38,382 nucleotides of DNA, taken from positions 1 through 38,382 of the IMG/VR virus record IMGVR_UViG_3300011335_000282. One strand, written 5' to 3'. Position 1 is the stretch's first letter. Each line of letters starts with the position of its first letter. Of this stretch, positions 1 through 8,557 are shown in pieces. The notes below the pieces were generated by a model. It did not search any database, was not told the origin of the DNA, and saw nothing but the letters and a program-made list of their open reading frames with translations. Made by a program: the position numbers and the translations under genes. The DNA is from a virus (Duplodnaviria > Caudoviricetes).

Positions 1-127
1 CGCGAACATCGAACACGTTTTGGTCATGGTGCTGGACGACATCGGAACCAAGAGCCGCGCGCCTACGCTGCCCCCGACTTGGATCATGGAGACAAGCGAG
101 GGTAACTACCAATGGGGCTACACGTTC
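1..127. repeat. Terminal direct repeat, left copy (identical to 38256-38382); circular assembly overlap
   Basis: cgcgaacatc...gggctacacgttc occurs at both ends; 127 nt matches a common assembler k-mer length; the primase reading frame continues across the join. Confidence 0.95.
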
Positions 128-2032
128 CGCGAACAGCCGACCAAACACCAGTTCGCCGCTGCGATCATCGCCATCGCCGCTGCTGGATACACCGACCCCG
201 GCGCGATCAACCCCGTGCGGAATTTTCGCATCCCCGGCTCAGTCAACCACAAGAATGGTTTTGAGTCCCGGCTGGTTGAGTTGCACAAGGAGCGCGAATA
301 CACCCTAGAAGAAATTTGCGAGGCGCTCGAAGTGACGCCCGCCGACCACGGCAACGGTAGCGTGCAGACCATCGCCGTTGACGCCGCCCCCGACGATGTG
401 ATCGAGTGGCTGTCGGAGCGGGGCGAGGTGCTGGAGCGCGGCAATAGCAGCGGATGGTGGGGCGTCAAGTGCCCCAACAGCCACGAGCACAGCGACGGCC
501 AGATCGGCGCGCGTTATCTGCCTGTTTCGCGCGCGTTCGCTTGCTTCCACGGGCATTGTCAGGATTGGGGGTCAGAAGCGTTCCTTGCATGGGTCGCCGC
601 AGAGGGTGGCCCTAAGCACGCCCACGGGTTTCGCGCTGAACTGATCGCCACCATCATGCAGGGCGTTGCGGCTAAATTGAACCCTACACCTGCGTTCCCT
701 GACGCTGCCGCCGCGACGATCAAGGCGGTTGAGCAGCGCGAGCTAGGACGGATCGACAAGGCAGACTGGTGGGGCAAGTGGGCCTATGTGCAGGACGATG
801 AGTCATTCTTCGATCTTGACGACCGCAGGCTAGTGTCCCGCTCGACCTTCAACGCCATTTATCGCCATGTGAACTGTATGTCGATCCACGGCAACAAGCC
901 CCGCCGCGTCGAGGCGTCGATCTGCTTTGATGAAAACCGCCAAGCCAACGGCGCGCATTGCTTGTCAGGCGTCACCTATGCCGCTGGTGGTTCCACCTTG
1001 GTCACGCGCGAGGGGCTCGTTTACGGTAACCGCTGGCGCGACCACCGCCCCGAGCCGATACCCGGCGACCCTGGCCCGTGGCTGCGCCATGTCGCGCGGA
1101 TGATCCCTGATGCAATGGAGCGCACGCACTTTTTATCTGCGCTGGCCCATAAGGTTCAGTTCCCTAGCATCAAGATCAATCACGCCGTCTTGCTAGGCGG
1201 CAACCACGGCTCCGGCAAGGATACCCTGATGGCCCCCTTCTTTTGGGCCATTGGCGGCGACACGAAGTCCAACTGTACGATGGTCAAGAACGAAGAACTA
1301 ACCTCGCAATGGGGCTACGCCCTAGAGTGTGAAGTCATGGAAATCGCCGAGCTGCGCCAGTCCGACGCCAAGGACCGCCGCGCTATTGAAAACACCCTTA
1401 AACCTATCATCGCCGCGCCTCCTGAGCTGCTGCCCGTCAACCGTAAGGGTTTACACCCATACATGGCGCTCAACAGAATTTTTGTTGTCGCGTTCACCAA
1501 CGAACGCGGGGCGATCAGTTTACCTAGTGAGGATCGCCGCTGGTTCGTCATCTGGTGCGAGGCCGATCGCCTGCCCGAAGCCGACGCTGGCGCGCTCTGG
1601 AACTGGTACACCCACCAGAACGGGTTTGGGGCCGTGGCCCATTACCTGATGACCTACGATGTCTCGGCCTGGTGCCCGACTGCGCCTCCGCCCATGACCG
1701 AGGCGAAAATGATCCTGATTGACGCTGCCATGTCGCCCGCAGAGGCTGCGCTCGTGTCGGCAATCCGTAACCGCGTCGGCGACTTCCGCGAGGGGGTCAT
1801 CTGCGGCCCATTCCACGCCATCCTCGACCGCGTGCAGTTTCCCGCCCACGTCAAGACGCCGCCCCAAGCCGCGCTATTCCACGCGCTCAAGGAGGCTGGC
1901 TGGGTCGATATGGGCCGACTTCACTCGCGCGACTACAGCACGAAGAAACACATCTTCCGCGCGCCAGAACTGGCGGGGGTGTCTAAGTCTGACCTGCGCG
2001 TTATGGTTGAGACGAAAAAAAGCCCCGCGTGA
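1..2032 (+). CDS. Primase-helicase (RepB-like primase N-terminus, Zn-finger-like segment, DUF5906/SF3-type NTPase), 3' part; the gene starts at ATG 38065 across the junction, about 740 aa in total
   Basis: VLDD..K, WIMETSEGNYQWGY and RNFRIPGSVN primase motifs; CPNSHEHS...CFHGHC; Walker A GGNHGSGKD; FTN...EDRRWFV. Confidence 0.85.
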   Translation, partial: ANIEHVLVMVLDDIGTKSRAPTLPPTWIMETSEGNYQWGYTFREQPTKHQFAAAIIAIAAAGYTDPGAINPVRNFRIPGSVNHKNGFESRLVELHKEREYTLEEICEALEVTPADHGNGSVQTIAVDAAPDDVIEWLSERGEVLERGNSSGWWGVKCPNSHEHSDGQIGARYLPVSRAFACFHGHCQDWGSEAFLAWVAAEGGPKHAHGFRAELIATIMQGVAAKLNPTPAFPDAAAATIKAVEQRELGRIDKADWWGKWAYVQDDESFFDLDDRRLVSRSTFNAIYRHVNCMSIHGNKPRRVEASICFDENRQANGAHCLSGVTYAAGGSTLVTREGLVYGNRWRDHRPEPIPGDPGPWLRHVARMIPDAMERTHFLSALAHKVQFPSIKINHAVLLGGNHGSGKDTLMAPFFWAIGGDTKSNCTMVKNEELTSQWGYALECEVMEIAELRQSDAKDRRAIENTLKPIIAAPPELLPVNRKGLHPYMALNRIFVVAFTNERGAISLPSEDRRWFVIWCEADRLPEADAGALWNWYTHQNGFGAVAHYLMTYDVSAWCPTAPPPMTEAKMILIDAAMSPAEAALVSAIRNRVGDFREGVICGPFHAILDRVQFPAHVKTPPQAALFHALKEAGWVDMGRLHSRDYSTKKHIFRAPELAGVSKSDLRVMVETKKSPA

Positions 2033-2042
2033 GCGGGGCTTA
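2015..2042 (-). terminator. Rho-independent terminator between convergent genes, probably bidirectional
   Basis: Hairpin AGCCCCGC-GTGA-GCGGGGCT at 2021-2040 with an A-run at 2015-2021, giving a U-tract on the minus strand. Confidence 0.8.
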
Positions 2043-2099
2043 AAGACGTAATAGCGTGGCTAGTATAGCGGCGATGATCGCCGCTAGTAACAGCGTCAC
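2040..2099 (-). CDS. Possible 19-aa hydrophobic peptide (MTLLLAAIIAAILATLLRL)
   Basis: GTGA start/stop overlap with the upstream gene; ends at the terminator; single hydrophobic stretch. Confidence 0.4.
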   Translation of the reverse strand: MTLLLAAIIAAILATLLRL

Positions 2100-2392
2100 A
2101 CTTCCTCGACGCAGATTGGCTGCGTCGGGTCGTAGTGTGTCGTTAGCCGTTCGTTCAGCGGCGCGAACCGAGCAACGCAAGACGGCATAATTTTTTCGTT
2201 GAGCATTTCGTACTGGCGCACATACTCGCCCGTTGACGCTGCGCGCGTAGGGTACTGGCGCGCCATCTTGAGCCCTGGCGCGTCGGGCTTGAACTTCCGC
2301 CCCTTGCCCTTGGCTTTGATGCTGGCGCATAAGGCGCGCACGTTTTCGGGTTGCAGGGTGAACTCGGTATTGTCAATATGTAGTGTGGTCAT
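2096..2392 (-). CDS. Hypothetical early protein, 98 aa
   Basis: ATGA coupling to the upstream ORF; part of a tightly packed minus-strand operon. Confidence 0.65.
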   Translation of the reverse strand: MTTLHIDNTEFTLQPENVRALCASIKAKGKGRKFKPDAPGLKMARQYPTRAASTGEYVRQYEMLNEKIMPSCVARFAPLNERLTTHYDPTQPICVEEV

Positions 2393-2619
2393 GTTGTCCC
2401 CAAGGTTACGCTATTGATCCGGTACCCGGCGCGGGTCAGCTCGTCTATCTCATGTTGCCCGCGCCACGCTTCACAATCCGTGCGGCCTGACGCGCCGTCA
2501 ACTTCCCAGCATATTCTGATGGTGTCGTGAGGCGAGCGGATAAACCCGGCAACGCGGAAAACGCCGCGGGTCGGCGTTGCTTCCGTAACGTCTAAACCTT
2601 CAATCGGTGCGTTTCTCAT
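2389..2619 (-). CDS. Hypothetical protein, 76 aa (start re-assigned to ATG 2619, MRNAPIEGLDV)
   Basis: ATG 2 nt after the upstream stop, preceded by GGAG. Confidence 0.6.
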   Translation of the reverse strand: MRNAPIEGLDVTEATPTRGVFRVAGFIRSPHDTIRICWEVDGASGRTDCEAWRGQHEIDELTRAGYRINSVTLGTT

Positions 2620-2621
2620 GG

Positions 2622-2912
2622 TCAAAACTCCGAACAATAGACTACTGACCCAGCTTGCGTGACGCCGAGAACGATGGTGTTTTCTTGCAGCCACTCCAAG
2701 ACGCCACCTTCAATCGAATAGTTGCGGCGCACGTCTTCTTCTTCGTCTTCAGCGTAGGCGCAGCATAGTGCGATCACATCTAGCTCATGATCGGGGTCGA
2801 CTTCTTCAAGGTGGCCGAATAGCATGCGTTTCGCTTCGTATGAAAACTGATCTTCGCGGCCGAGCGCGCGGAAGGCGTCGCAGAACCCGCCGAAGTTGAT
2901 GGTTTGATACAT
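2622..2912 (-). CDS. Hypothetical acidic phage protein, 96 aa
   Basis: RBS-like GAAAGG; FSYEAKRMLF...LDVIALCC pattern resembles small phage early proteins. Confidence 0.7.
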   Translation of the reverse strand: MYQTINFGGFCDAFRALGREDQFSYEAKRMLFGHLEEVDPDHELDVIALCCAYAEDEEEDVRRNYSIEGGVLEWLQENTIVLGVTQAGSVVYCSEF

Positions 2913-2914
2913 GA

Positions 2915-3082
2915 TTAAACCTTTCTAATTGGGTTGGTACGGGGAGAGAAACGAGACAGCGCGAAATGCGCTTTCGGCTCATCGGACTGAAACAGCGCCA
3001 GCCATTGTTCGGCGGTGGCGGCGTCGCACACGCGCTCTACGCGCCAACAGCCAGTAATGGGGTTAAAGCGCCAGATATTCAT
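2915..3082 (-). CDS. Hypothetical protein, 55 aa (MNIWRFNPITGCWRV...), not in the ORF track
   Basis: ATGA overlap with the upstream ORF; stop 2 nt before the next start. Confidence 0.6.
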   Translation of the reverse strand: MNIWRFNPITGCWRVERVCDAATAEQWLALFQSDEPKAHFALSRFSPRTNPIRKV

Positions 3083-3168
3083 TTTTTACCTTTCAGAACG
3101 AGAAGAAATAGACCGACGACGACCAGCGCCAGGGGGACGAGGAACGGGGCCAGCTCAAAGCCGTTCAT
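3079..3168 (-). CDS. 29-aa single-TM membrane peptide (MNGFELAPFLVPLALVVVGLFLLVLKGKK), not in the ORF track
   Basis: ATGA-coupled on both sides; hydrophobic helix followed by basic KGKK. Confidence 0.6.
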   Translation of the reverse strand: MNGFELAPFLVPLALVVVGLFLLVLKGKK

Positions 3169-3353
3169 GCTGCGATCCGCTCATGTGTCAGGTACAGACC
3201 GATCAGGCCGACCTCTTGCAACAAGAATTCGACTGACTTCTTTTCGACCGGACCTTGCGCGGCGTGGAAACGATCAATCAGGGTTGACTCGAACGAGTTA
3301 AGCGCTTCGGCGATGAGGTTGACTTCGGCGCGGGTGAGTTGATAGGTGTTCAT
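3165..3353 (-). CDS. Hypothetical protein, 62 aa; first gene of the leftward early operon
   Basis: RBS AAAAGGA before ATG; promoter upstream. Confidence 0.7.
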   Translation of the reverse strand: MNTYQLTRAEVNLIAEALNSFESTLIDRFHAAQGPVEKKSVEFLLQEVGLIGLYLTHERIAA

Positions 3354-3381
3354 ATGATCCTTTTGTGGGTTGGGAGCCTAA

Positions 3382-3410
3382 ATCATAAAACAATGTTTTA
3401 CAAAACACAA
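3382..3410 (-). promoter_or_regulatory. Sigma70-like leftward promoter with an overlapping palindrome
   Basis: Minus strand TTGTGT-17 nt-TATGAT; inverted repeat TGTTTT-AC-AAAACA at 3394-3407. Confidence 0.55.
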
Positions 3411-3496
3411 CTTAGGACAAACCCGATGATGATGGGCGGCGGTGGGTGGCGCGGTGGGCGTGGTTTGGGTGGGGTGATTTGGCTGTCTACGCCCCG

Positions 3497-3899
3497 TGTG
3501 GGTAGTTTGGGTAGTGGTTTGTATTTTCTGAAATAGAAAGTTATATTTCATAATGTGGAACGTAGCGTCATGGCGGCGCTGGCGGCAGCCACCGACTTGG
3601 AAAACTGCTGCCCAAAGCACCCACACTCTAAAGCCTTGATTTATATGAGCTTTTCGGCATTTAGGCCAACCCACGCACCACCCACGCGAATGACCCACAA
3701 ATCGGCAAGCGCTCACGCCGGATAGCAGAACGGATGATCGACTTGCGTGGGTGCTACCCAAACTGCCCACAAACAGAACGGATTATCGACTTGCGTGGGT
3801 GCTACCCAAACTGCCCACAAACCTGACGTGTAACCGCATGTAACGGGCTGCCGCCTGCTGCCTGCTGCCTGCTGGTGGGTGCTACCCACATTACCCACA
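3497..3899. repeat. Iteron-like 18-mers (CTACCCAAACTGCCCACA consensus) including a 48-bp tandem duplication
   Basis: Copies at 3608-3625, 3754-3771, 3802-3819, 3882-3899 and inverted at 3497-3514; 48-bp repeat 3726-3773/3774-3821 with one mismatch. Confidence 0.85.
3629..3641 (-). promoter_or_regulatory. IHF-binding consensus site
   Basis: Minus strand AATCAAGGCTTTA matches WATCAANNNNTTR exactly. Confidence 0.5.
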
Positions 3900-3992
3900 G
3901 CGGCGAGGGGGAGGGGGCAGGGCCGACGCAAAAGGCCAGCGGCTACGGAGCGTACGCAAACAATTTTTATTTTTTTGGTATAGTGCAACCAT

Positions 3993-4460
3993 ATGGTGTA
4001 CCATAAGGGAATGGAACATCTCAAAACGCACTTGCACTACGACCCTAATACGGGCCTGTTTACCTGGTTGCAACCTACAAGCAATCGGGTAAAAGCTGGC
4101 GCGCAAGCAGGCAAATTGCGAAAAGATGGCTATGTATCAATAGGTCTTAACGGGCGACAAATTTTGGCGCACAGGCTTGCTTGGTTGTACACACATGGAA
4201 ACTGGCCCGCAAAGGAAATAGATCACATAAACCGCAACCGGCAAGACAACCGGATAGACAATTTAAGGGATGTAACGCGAAGCGAAAACGCGCTCAACAT
4301 AGGTCCGCACGCAGATGGCTCTAGCGGGTCTAGAGGGGTGTCATGGGACAAAATTCGCAAAGGTTGGCGTGTTCAGTTAAGAATCAAGGGAAAACAAACG
4401 TATGTGGGCGTCTTTAAAAACATAGATGAAGCAATTTTAGCGTACGAAAAAGTCAAATGA
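3993..4460 (+). CDS. Free-standing HNH homing endonuclease with C-terminal AP2-like DNA-binding domain (alternative start ATG 4011)
   Basis: LAHRLAWLYTHG.WP...IDHINRNRQDNRIDNLR...EN; C-terminal SG.RGVSW...WRVQL...YVG.F...EA..AY. Confidence 0.9.
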   Translation: MVYHKGMEHLKTHLHYDPNTGLFTWLQPTSNRVKAGAQAGKLRKDGYVSIGLNGRQILAHRLAWLYTHGNWPAKEIDHINRNRQDNRIDNLRDVTRSENALNIGPHADGSSGSRGVSWDKIRKGWRVQLRIKGKQTYVGVFKNIDEAILAYEKVK

Positions 4461-4921
4461 GTTTCCAATCTTTACCGTACGAACCCCGGCGCGTGCAAGC
4501 CACAGAGGCGCGTCTGGAACGCATCTACGCTGCTGCAAAGCGCGGCCTCAAAGGCGACTCGCTGGCGCTATCTGCTGGACTGCTGCCGCAAGAGTTCAAT
4601 CAGATCGCCCAGCTAGACCCGCTGGTTAATCTGGCCGCGCAAAAAGGACGCGCCGACGCCGAACGCGAAATGTCGGATGTGCTGCACACGGCGGCGTTGT
4701 CAGGCGACGCTAAGATGGCGTTGGAGATATTGAAGCATCAGCACGGATGGGTCGCCAAGCAACAGATCGAAGTCAATCAGGTTATTTCGATTACCGCCGC
4801 GCTTCAAGAAGCAGAGCAGCGGGTAATTAACATGGGCGAAATCAATGCAGACGACGATCTATTCAGCGACGGACGAACAAGCCTTAATGGCGAGGCTGTG
4901 GACGCCAGCTATAAAGAATGA
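4457..4921 (+). CDS. terS: Terminase small subunit (putative)
   Basis: Helical ~150-aa ORF immediately upstream of and overlapping terL; ATGA-coupled to the HNH gene. Confidence 0.7.
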   Translation: MSFQSLPYEPRRVQATEARLERIYAAAKRGLKGDSLALSAGLLPQEFNQIAQLDPLVNLAAQKGRADAEREMSDVLHTAALSGDAKMALEILKHQHGWVAKQQIEVNQVISITAALQEAEQRVINMGEINADDDLFSDGRTSLNGEAVDASYKE

Positions 4922-6368
4922 TCCGCTGGCGTTTGTAACGCTGGTATTTCCGTGGGGGAAAGCCGGTACGCCGCTAGAACACTTCACCGGCCCGCGCAAG
5001 TGGCAGCGGGAAGTGCTGTCGGCGCTTAAAGAACACATTAAGCAGAACAACGGCAAGGTTGACTACGACACTTTGAGGCTGGCGGTGGCGTCAGGGCGCG
5101 GTATCGGCAAGTCGGCGCTAGTCAGTTGGCTGACGATCTGGATGTTGTCCACGCGGATCGGCTCGACGACCATCATCTCAGCGAATTCCGAGTCCCAACT
5201 CAGATCAGTTACCTGGGCCGAGATTACCAAGTGGCTGGCGATGTCGCTCAACAGCCATTGGTTCGAGGTCAGCGCCACTAGGCTGATGCCAGCCAAGTGG
5301 CTGACTGAACTGGTCGAGCGTGACTTGAAGAAGGGCACGCGCTACTGGGGCGTCGAGGGCCGGCTGTGGTCGGCTGAGAATCCTGACGCCTACGCGGGCG
5401 TACACAACTACGACGGCGTGATGGTGATCTTCGACGAGGCCAGCGGCATCGAGGAGTCGATCTGGGCGGTAACGGGTGGCTTCTTCACCGAGAACACACC
5501 CAACAGGTTCTGGCTGGCGTTCAGCAACCCGCGCCGCAACACGGGGTACTTCTACGAAGCGTTCAACAGCAAGCGGGAGTTCTGGCACGGCAAGCAAGTA
5601 GACGCGCGCACGGTCGAGGGGACGGACAAGCAGGTCTACGAGCAGATCATCGCGGAGTACGGGCCGGACTCGTACCAGGCGCACGTTGAGGTGTACGGGT
5701 CGTTCCCTAACGCCAGCGACGACCAGTTTATCGGGTCTGACATAGTGGACGAAGCAATGGTGCGGGAGAAGTACAAGGACGCATCAGCGCCCATCATCGT
5801 CGGCGTAGACCCGGCGCGGTTCGGCGCTGACTCGACGGTAATCGCCATCCGGCAGGGCCGGGACATCGTGACGATCAAGCGGTACAAGGGCGACGACACC
5901 ATGACGGTGGTCGGTCATGTGATCGACGTAATCGAGGAGTACAAGCCAGCCCTAGTCGTCATCGACGAAGGCGGTCTGGGTGCTGGCATTGTGGACAGGC
6001 TGAAGGAGCAGCGGTACAAGATCAAGGGCGTCAACTTTGGCAACAAGGCGAAAAACCCTATCATGTACGGCAATATGAGGGCGCAGATGTGGGGGGAAAT
6101 GCGTGAATGGCTGAAGTCGGCCAGCATACCCAAGGACAAGTTCTTGAAAACCGACTTGATTTCGCCTATGATGAAACCGGACTCGCGGGGTACAATCTTT
6201 CTGGAGAGCAAGAAAGAGATGAAATCGAGAGGCCTTGCCTCGCCCGACGCAGCGGATGCGCTGGCCGTGACGTTCGCGTTTCCTGTCGCGCACCGTGAGT
6301 ACAAGGAACCAGCGCGGCGGGTTAACGCGCAGGGCAACAGCGTGAGTACATCTTGGATGGGGTCTTGA
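4845..6368 (+). CDS. terL: Terminase large subunit
   Basis: Walker A ASGRGIGKS, Walker B VIFDEA, motif III SNP, RNase H-like VGVDPA and SPDAADALA. Confidence 0.95.
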   Translation: MQTTIYSATDEQALMARLWTPAIKNDPLAFVTLVFPWGKAGTPLEHFTGPRKWQREVLSALKEHIKQNNGKVDYDTLRLAVASGRGIGKSALVSWLTIWMLSTRIGSTTIISANSESQLRSVTWAEITKWLAMSLNSHWFEVSATRLMPAKWLTELVERDLKKGTRYWGVEGRLWSAENPDAYAGVHNYDGVMVIFDEASGIEESIWAVTGGFFTENTPNRFWLAFSNPRRNTGYFYEAFNSKREFWHGKQVDARTVEGTDKQVYEQIIAEYGPDSYQAHVEVYGSFPNASDDQFIGSDIVDEAMVREKYKDASAPIIVGVDPARFGADSTVIAIRQGRDIVTIKRYKGDDTMTVVGHVIDVIEEYKPALVVIDEGGLGAGIVDRLKEQRYKIKGVNFGNKAKNPIMYGNMRAQMWGEMREWLKSASIPKDKFLKTDLISPMMKPDSRGTIFLESKKEMKSRGLASPDAADALAVTFAFPVAHREYKEPARRVNAQGNSVSTSWMGS

Positions 6369-8557
6369 TGAAAGACGACGGGATCATTGCAGCGAAGGCT
6401 GTAGCCAGCGGGAACGAAGACTTGCTGTCAACGGCACGCAGTCGGCTGGACATGGCTATGTCGGCGCTGTCTGAATCCCGCGAGGATGAGATTGACGATC
6501 TGCGGTTCTACGCAGGATCGCCTGACAATCATTGGCAATGGCCTGCTGACGTTTTGGCGACTCGCGGCGCGGTGCAGGGGCAGACGATCAACGCACGTCC
6601 GTGCCTGACGATCAACAAGCTGCCGCAGCACGTTAAACAGGTGACCAACGACCAGCGCCAAAACAGGCCAGCGGCGAAGGTCATCCCGGTGGACGACAAC
6701 GCCGACATCGAGGTGGCCGACATCTTCAACGGCATGATTCGGCACATTGAGTACATCAGCGACGCTGACGTAGCCTACGACACGGCGTGTGAAAACCAAG
6801 TGGCGTATGGTGAGGGCTACATTCGACTGCTGACCGAATACTGCGACGACAACACGTTTGAGCAGGACATCAAGATCGGGCGGGTGCGTAACTCGTTTTC
6901 GGTCTACATGGATCCAATGATCCAAGACCCGACCGGCGCGGATGCCAAGTATTGCTTTATCACGCAAGACCTGACCCGCGAGGAGTACGAGCGGATGTAT
7001 CCCAACGCAGCGCCTGTGACGACGCTGCAATCGTTGGGCGTTGGCGATCAGTCCATCAGCAACTGGTTGAACGAAGACACCGTGCGGGTGGCGGACTACT
7101 ACTATGTGGACTATGACCGCGCTACGCTGAATTTGTACCCAGGCAACCAGACGGCGTTTGCCAATACTCCGGAAGACAAGCAACTCAAGATGTTTTTTGG
7201 CAAGCCTATTCGCTCACGCGAGTCAGACAGGCCAAAAATCAAGTATTGCAAGATTAACGGCTACGAAGTCTTGGAGCAACACGATTGGGCCGGTAAGTGT
7301 ATTCCGGTCATTCGGGTGGTTGGCAACGAATATGAGGTGGACGGGCGTCTGTATGTGAGCGGATTGGTGCGAAACGCCAAGGACGCACAGCGGATGTACA
7401 ACTATTGGGTCAGCCAAGAGGCAGAAATGCTGGCTTTGGCCCCAAAAGCGCCGTTTATCGGCTATGGCGGGCAGTTTGAGGGGTACGAAACCCAATGGAA
7501 AACCGCCAACACGCAAAACTGGCCGTATTTGGAGGTCAACCCTGACGTAACAGACGGTCAGGGCGCTACTTTGCCGCTTCCGCAGCGTGCCCAGCCGCCT
7601 ATGGCGTCATCGGGGCTGTTGCAAGCCAAGGCAGGCGCGTCAGAAGACATCAAATCGACCACCGGGCAGTACAACGCCTCGTTGGGGATGGGGTCGAACG
7701 AGCGGTCTGGCAAAGCAATTTTGGCCCGCCAGCGTGAGGGTGACGTTGGGACGTATCACTACGGCGACAACTTGGCCCGCAGCGTGCGAAACGTCGCTCG
7801 GCAACTGGTGGACTTGATCCCCAAAATCTACGACACGCAGCGCGTGGCTCGGATCATTGGCGAAGACGGCGACACCAAGATGGTGAGGGTGAATCCCGAC
7901 CAGCAGCAACCTGTCAACAAGATCGTTGACCAATCTGGCATTGTGATTGAGAAAATCTACAACCTGAGCGTTGGCAAGTACGATGTGGTGGCCGTCACCG
8001 GCCCAGGCTACGCAACCAAGCGCCAAGAGGCGCTGGAGGCTATGAGCCAACTGTTGCAGGGCAACCCGCAACTGTGGGCGGTGGCTGGCGACCTGTTCGT
8101 CAAGAACATGGATTGGCCTGGGGCGCAGGAGATGGCGAAACGCTTTGCCCGCACCATTGATCCTAAGCTGATGAGCGACGGCGAGGACAACCCTGAGTTG
8201 CAAGCCGCCCAGCAGCAAATGGAGGCAATGGGGCAGGAAATGGAGCAGATGCACCAGATGCTGCAAAATGTTGGCAAATCCATTGAAGCCCAAGATCAAG
8301 AACGCAAGGACTACGAAGCCAAGATCAAGGCGTTTGACGCCGAGACTAAGCGCATCTCTGCCGTGCAGGCCGGTATGTCACCAGACCAGATTCAAGAGAT
8401 TGTGCTGGGCACCATCCACGGCATGATTACCAGCGGCGATCTGATTGCTGAGATGCCGGGTCAGGACGAAGAAATTCCTATGGAACAACAAATGCCTATG
8501 GACGGCATGGAAATGCCTATGGAACAAGAAATGCCGATGGAAGGGTTCCAGCAATGA
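6368..8557 (+). CDS. P22-like portal protein (likely start ATG 6368, overlapping the terL stop)
   Basis: DLRFYAG..QW, RPCLTINKL, GLVRNAKDAQRMYNYW, SGKAILARQ motifs; long C-terminal coiled coil; follows terL. Confidence 0.92.
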   Translation: MKDDGIIAAKAVASGNEDLLSTARSRLDMAMSALSESREDEIDDLRFYAGSPDNHWQWPADVLATRGAVQGQTINARPCLTINKLPQHVKQVTNDQRQNRPAAKVIPVDDNADIEVADIFNGMIRHIEYISDADVAYDTACENQVAYGEGYIRLLTEYCDDNTFEQDIKIGRVRNSFSVYMDPMIQDPTGADAKYCFITQDLTREEYERMYPNAAPVTTLQSLGVGDQSISNWLNEDTVRVADYYYVDYDRATLNLYPGNQTAFANTPEDKQLKMFFGKPIRSRESDRPKIKYCKINGYEVLEQHDWAGKCIPVIRVVGNEYEVDGRLYVSGLVRNAKDAQRMYNYWVSQEAEMLALAPKAPFIGYGGQFEGYETQWKTANTQNWPYLEVNPDVTDGQGATLPLPQRAQPPMASSGLLQAKAGASEDIKSTTGQYNASLGMGSNERSGKAILARQREGDVGTYHYGDNLARSVRNVARQLVDLIPKIYDTQRVARIIGEDGDTKMVRVNPDQQQPVNKIVDQSGIVIEKIYNLSVGKYDVVAVTGPGYATKRQEALEAMSQLLQGNPQLWAVAGDLFVKNMDWPGAQEMAKRFARTIDPKLMSDGEDNPELQAAQQQMEAMGQEMEQMHQMLQNVGKSIEAQDQERKDYEAKIKAFDAETKRISAVQAGMSPDQIQEIVLGTIHGMITSGDLIAEMPGQDEEIPMEQQMPMDGMEMPMEQEMPMEGFQQ

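Noticed and set aside
3726-3821. 48-bp repeats as a mini-CRISPR array
   Set aside because: The copies are directly adjacent with no unique spacers, and there is no cas operon
3378-4106. ORFs called across the repeat region (3378-3770, 3713-4024, 3891-4106)
   Set aside because: The translations simply mirror the DNA repeats; the region looks regulatory
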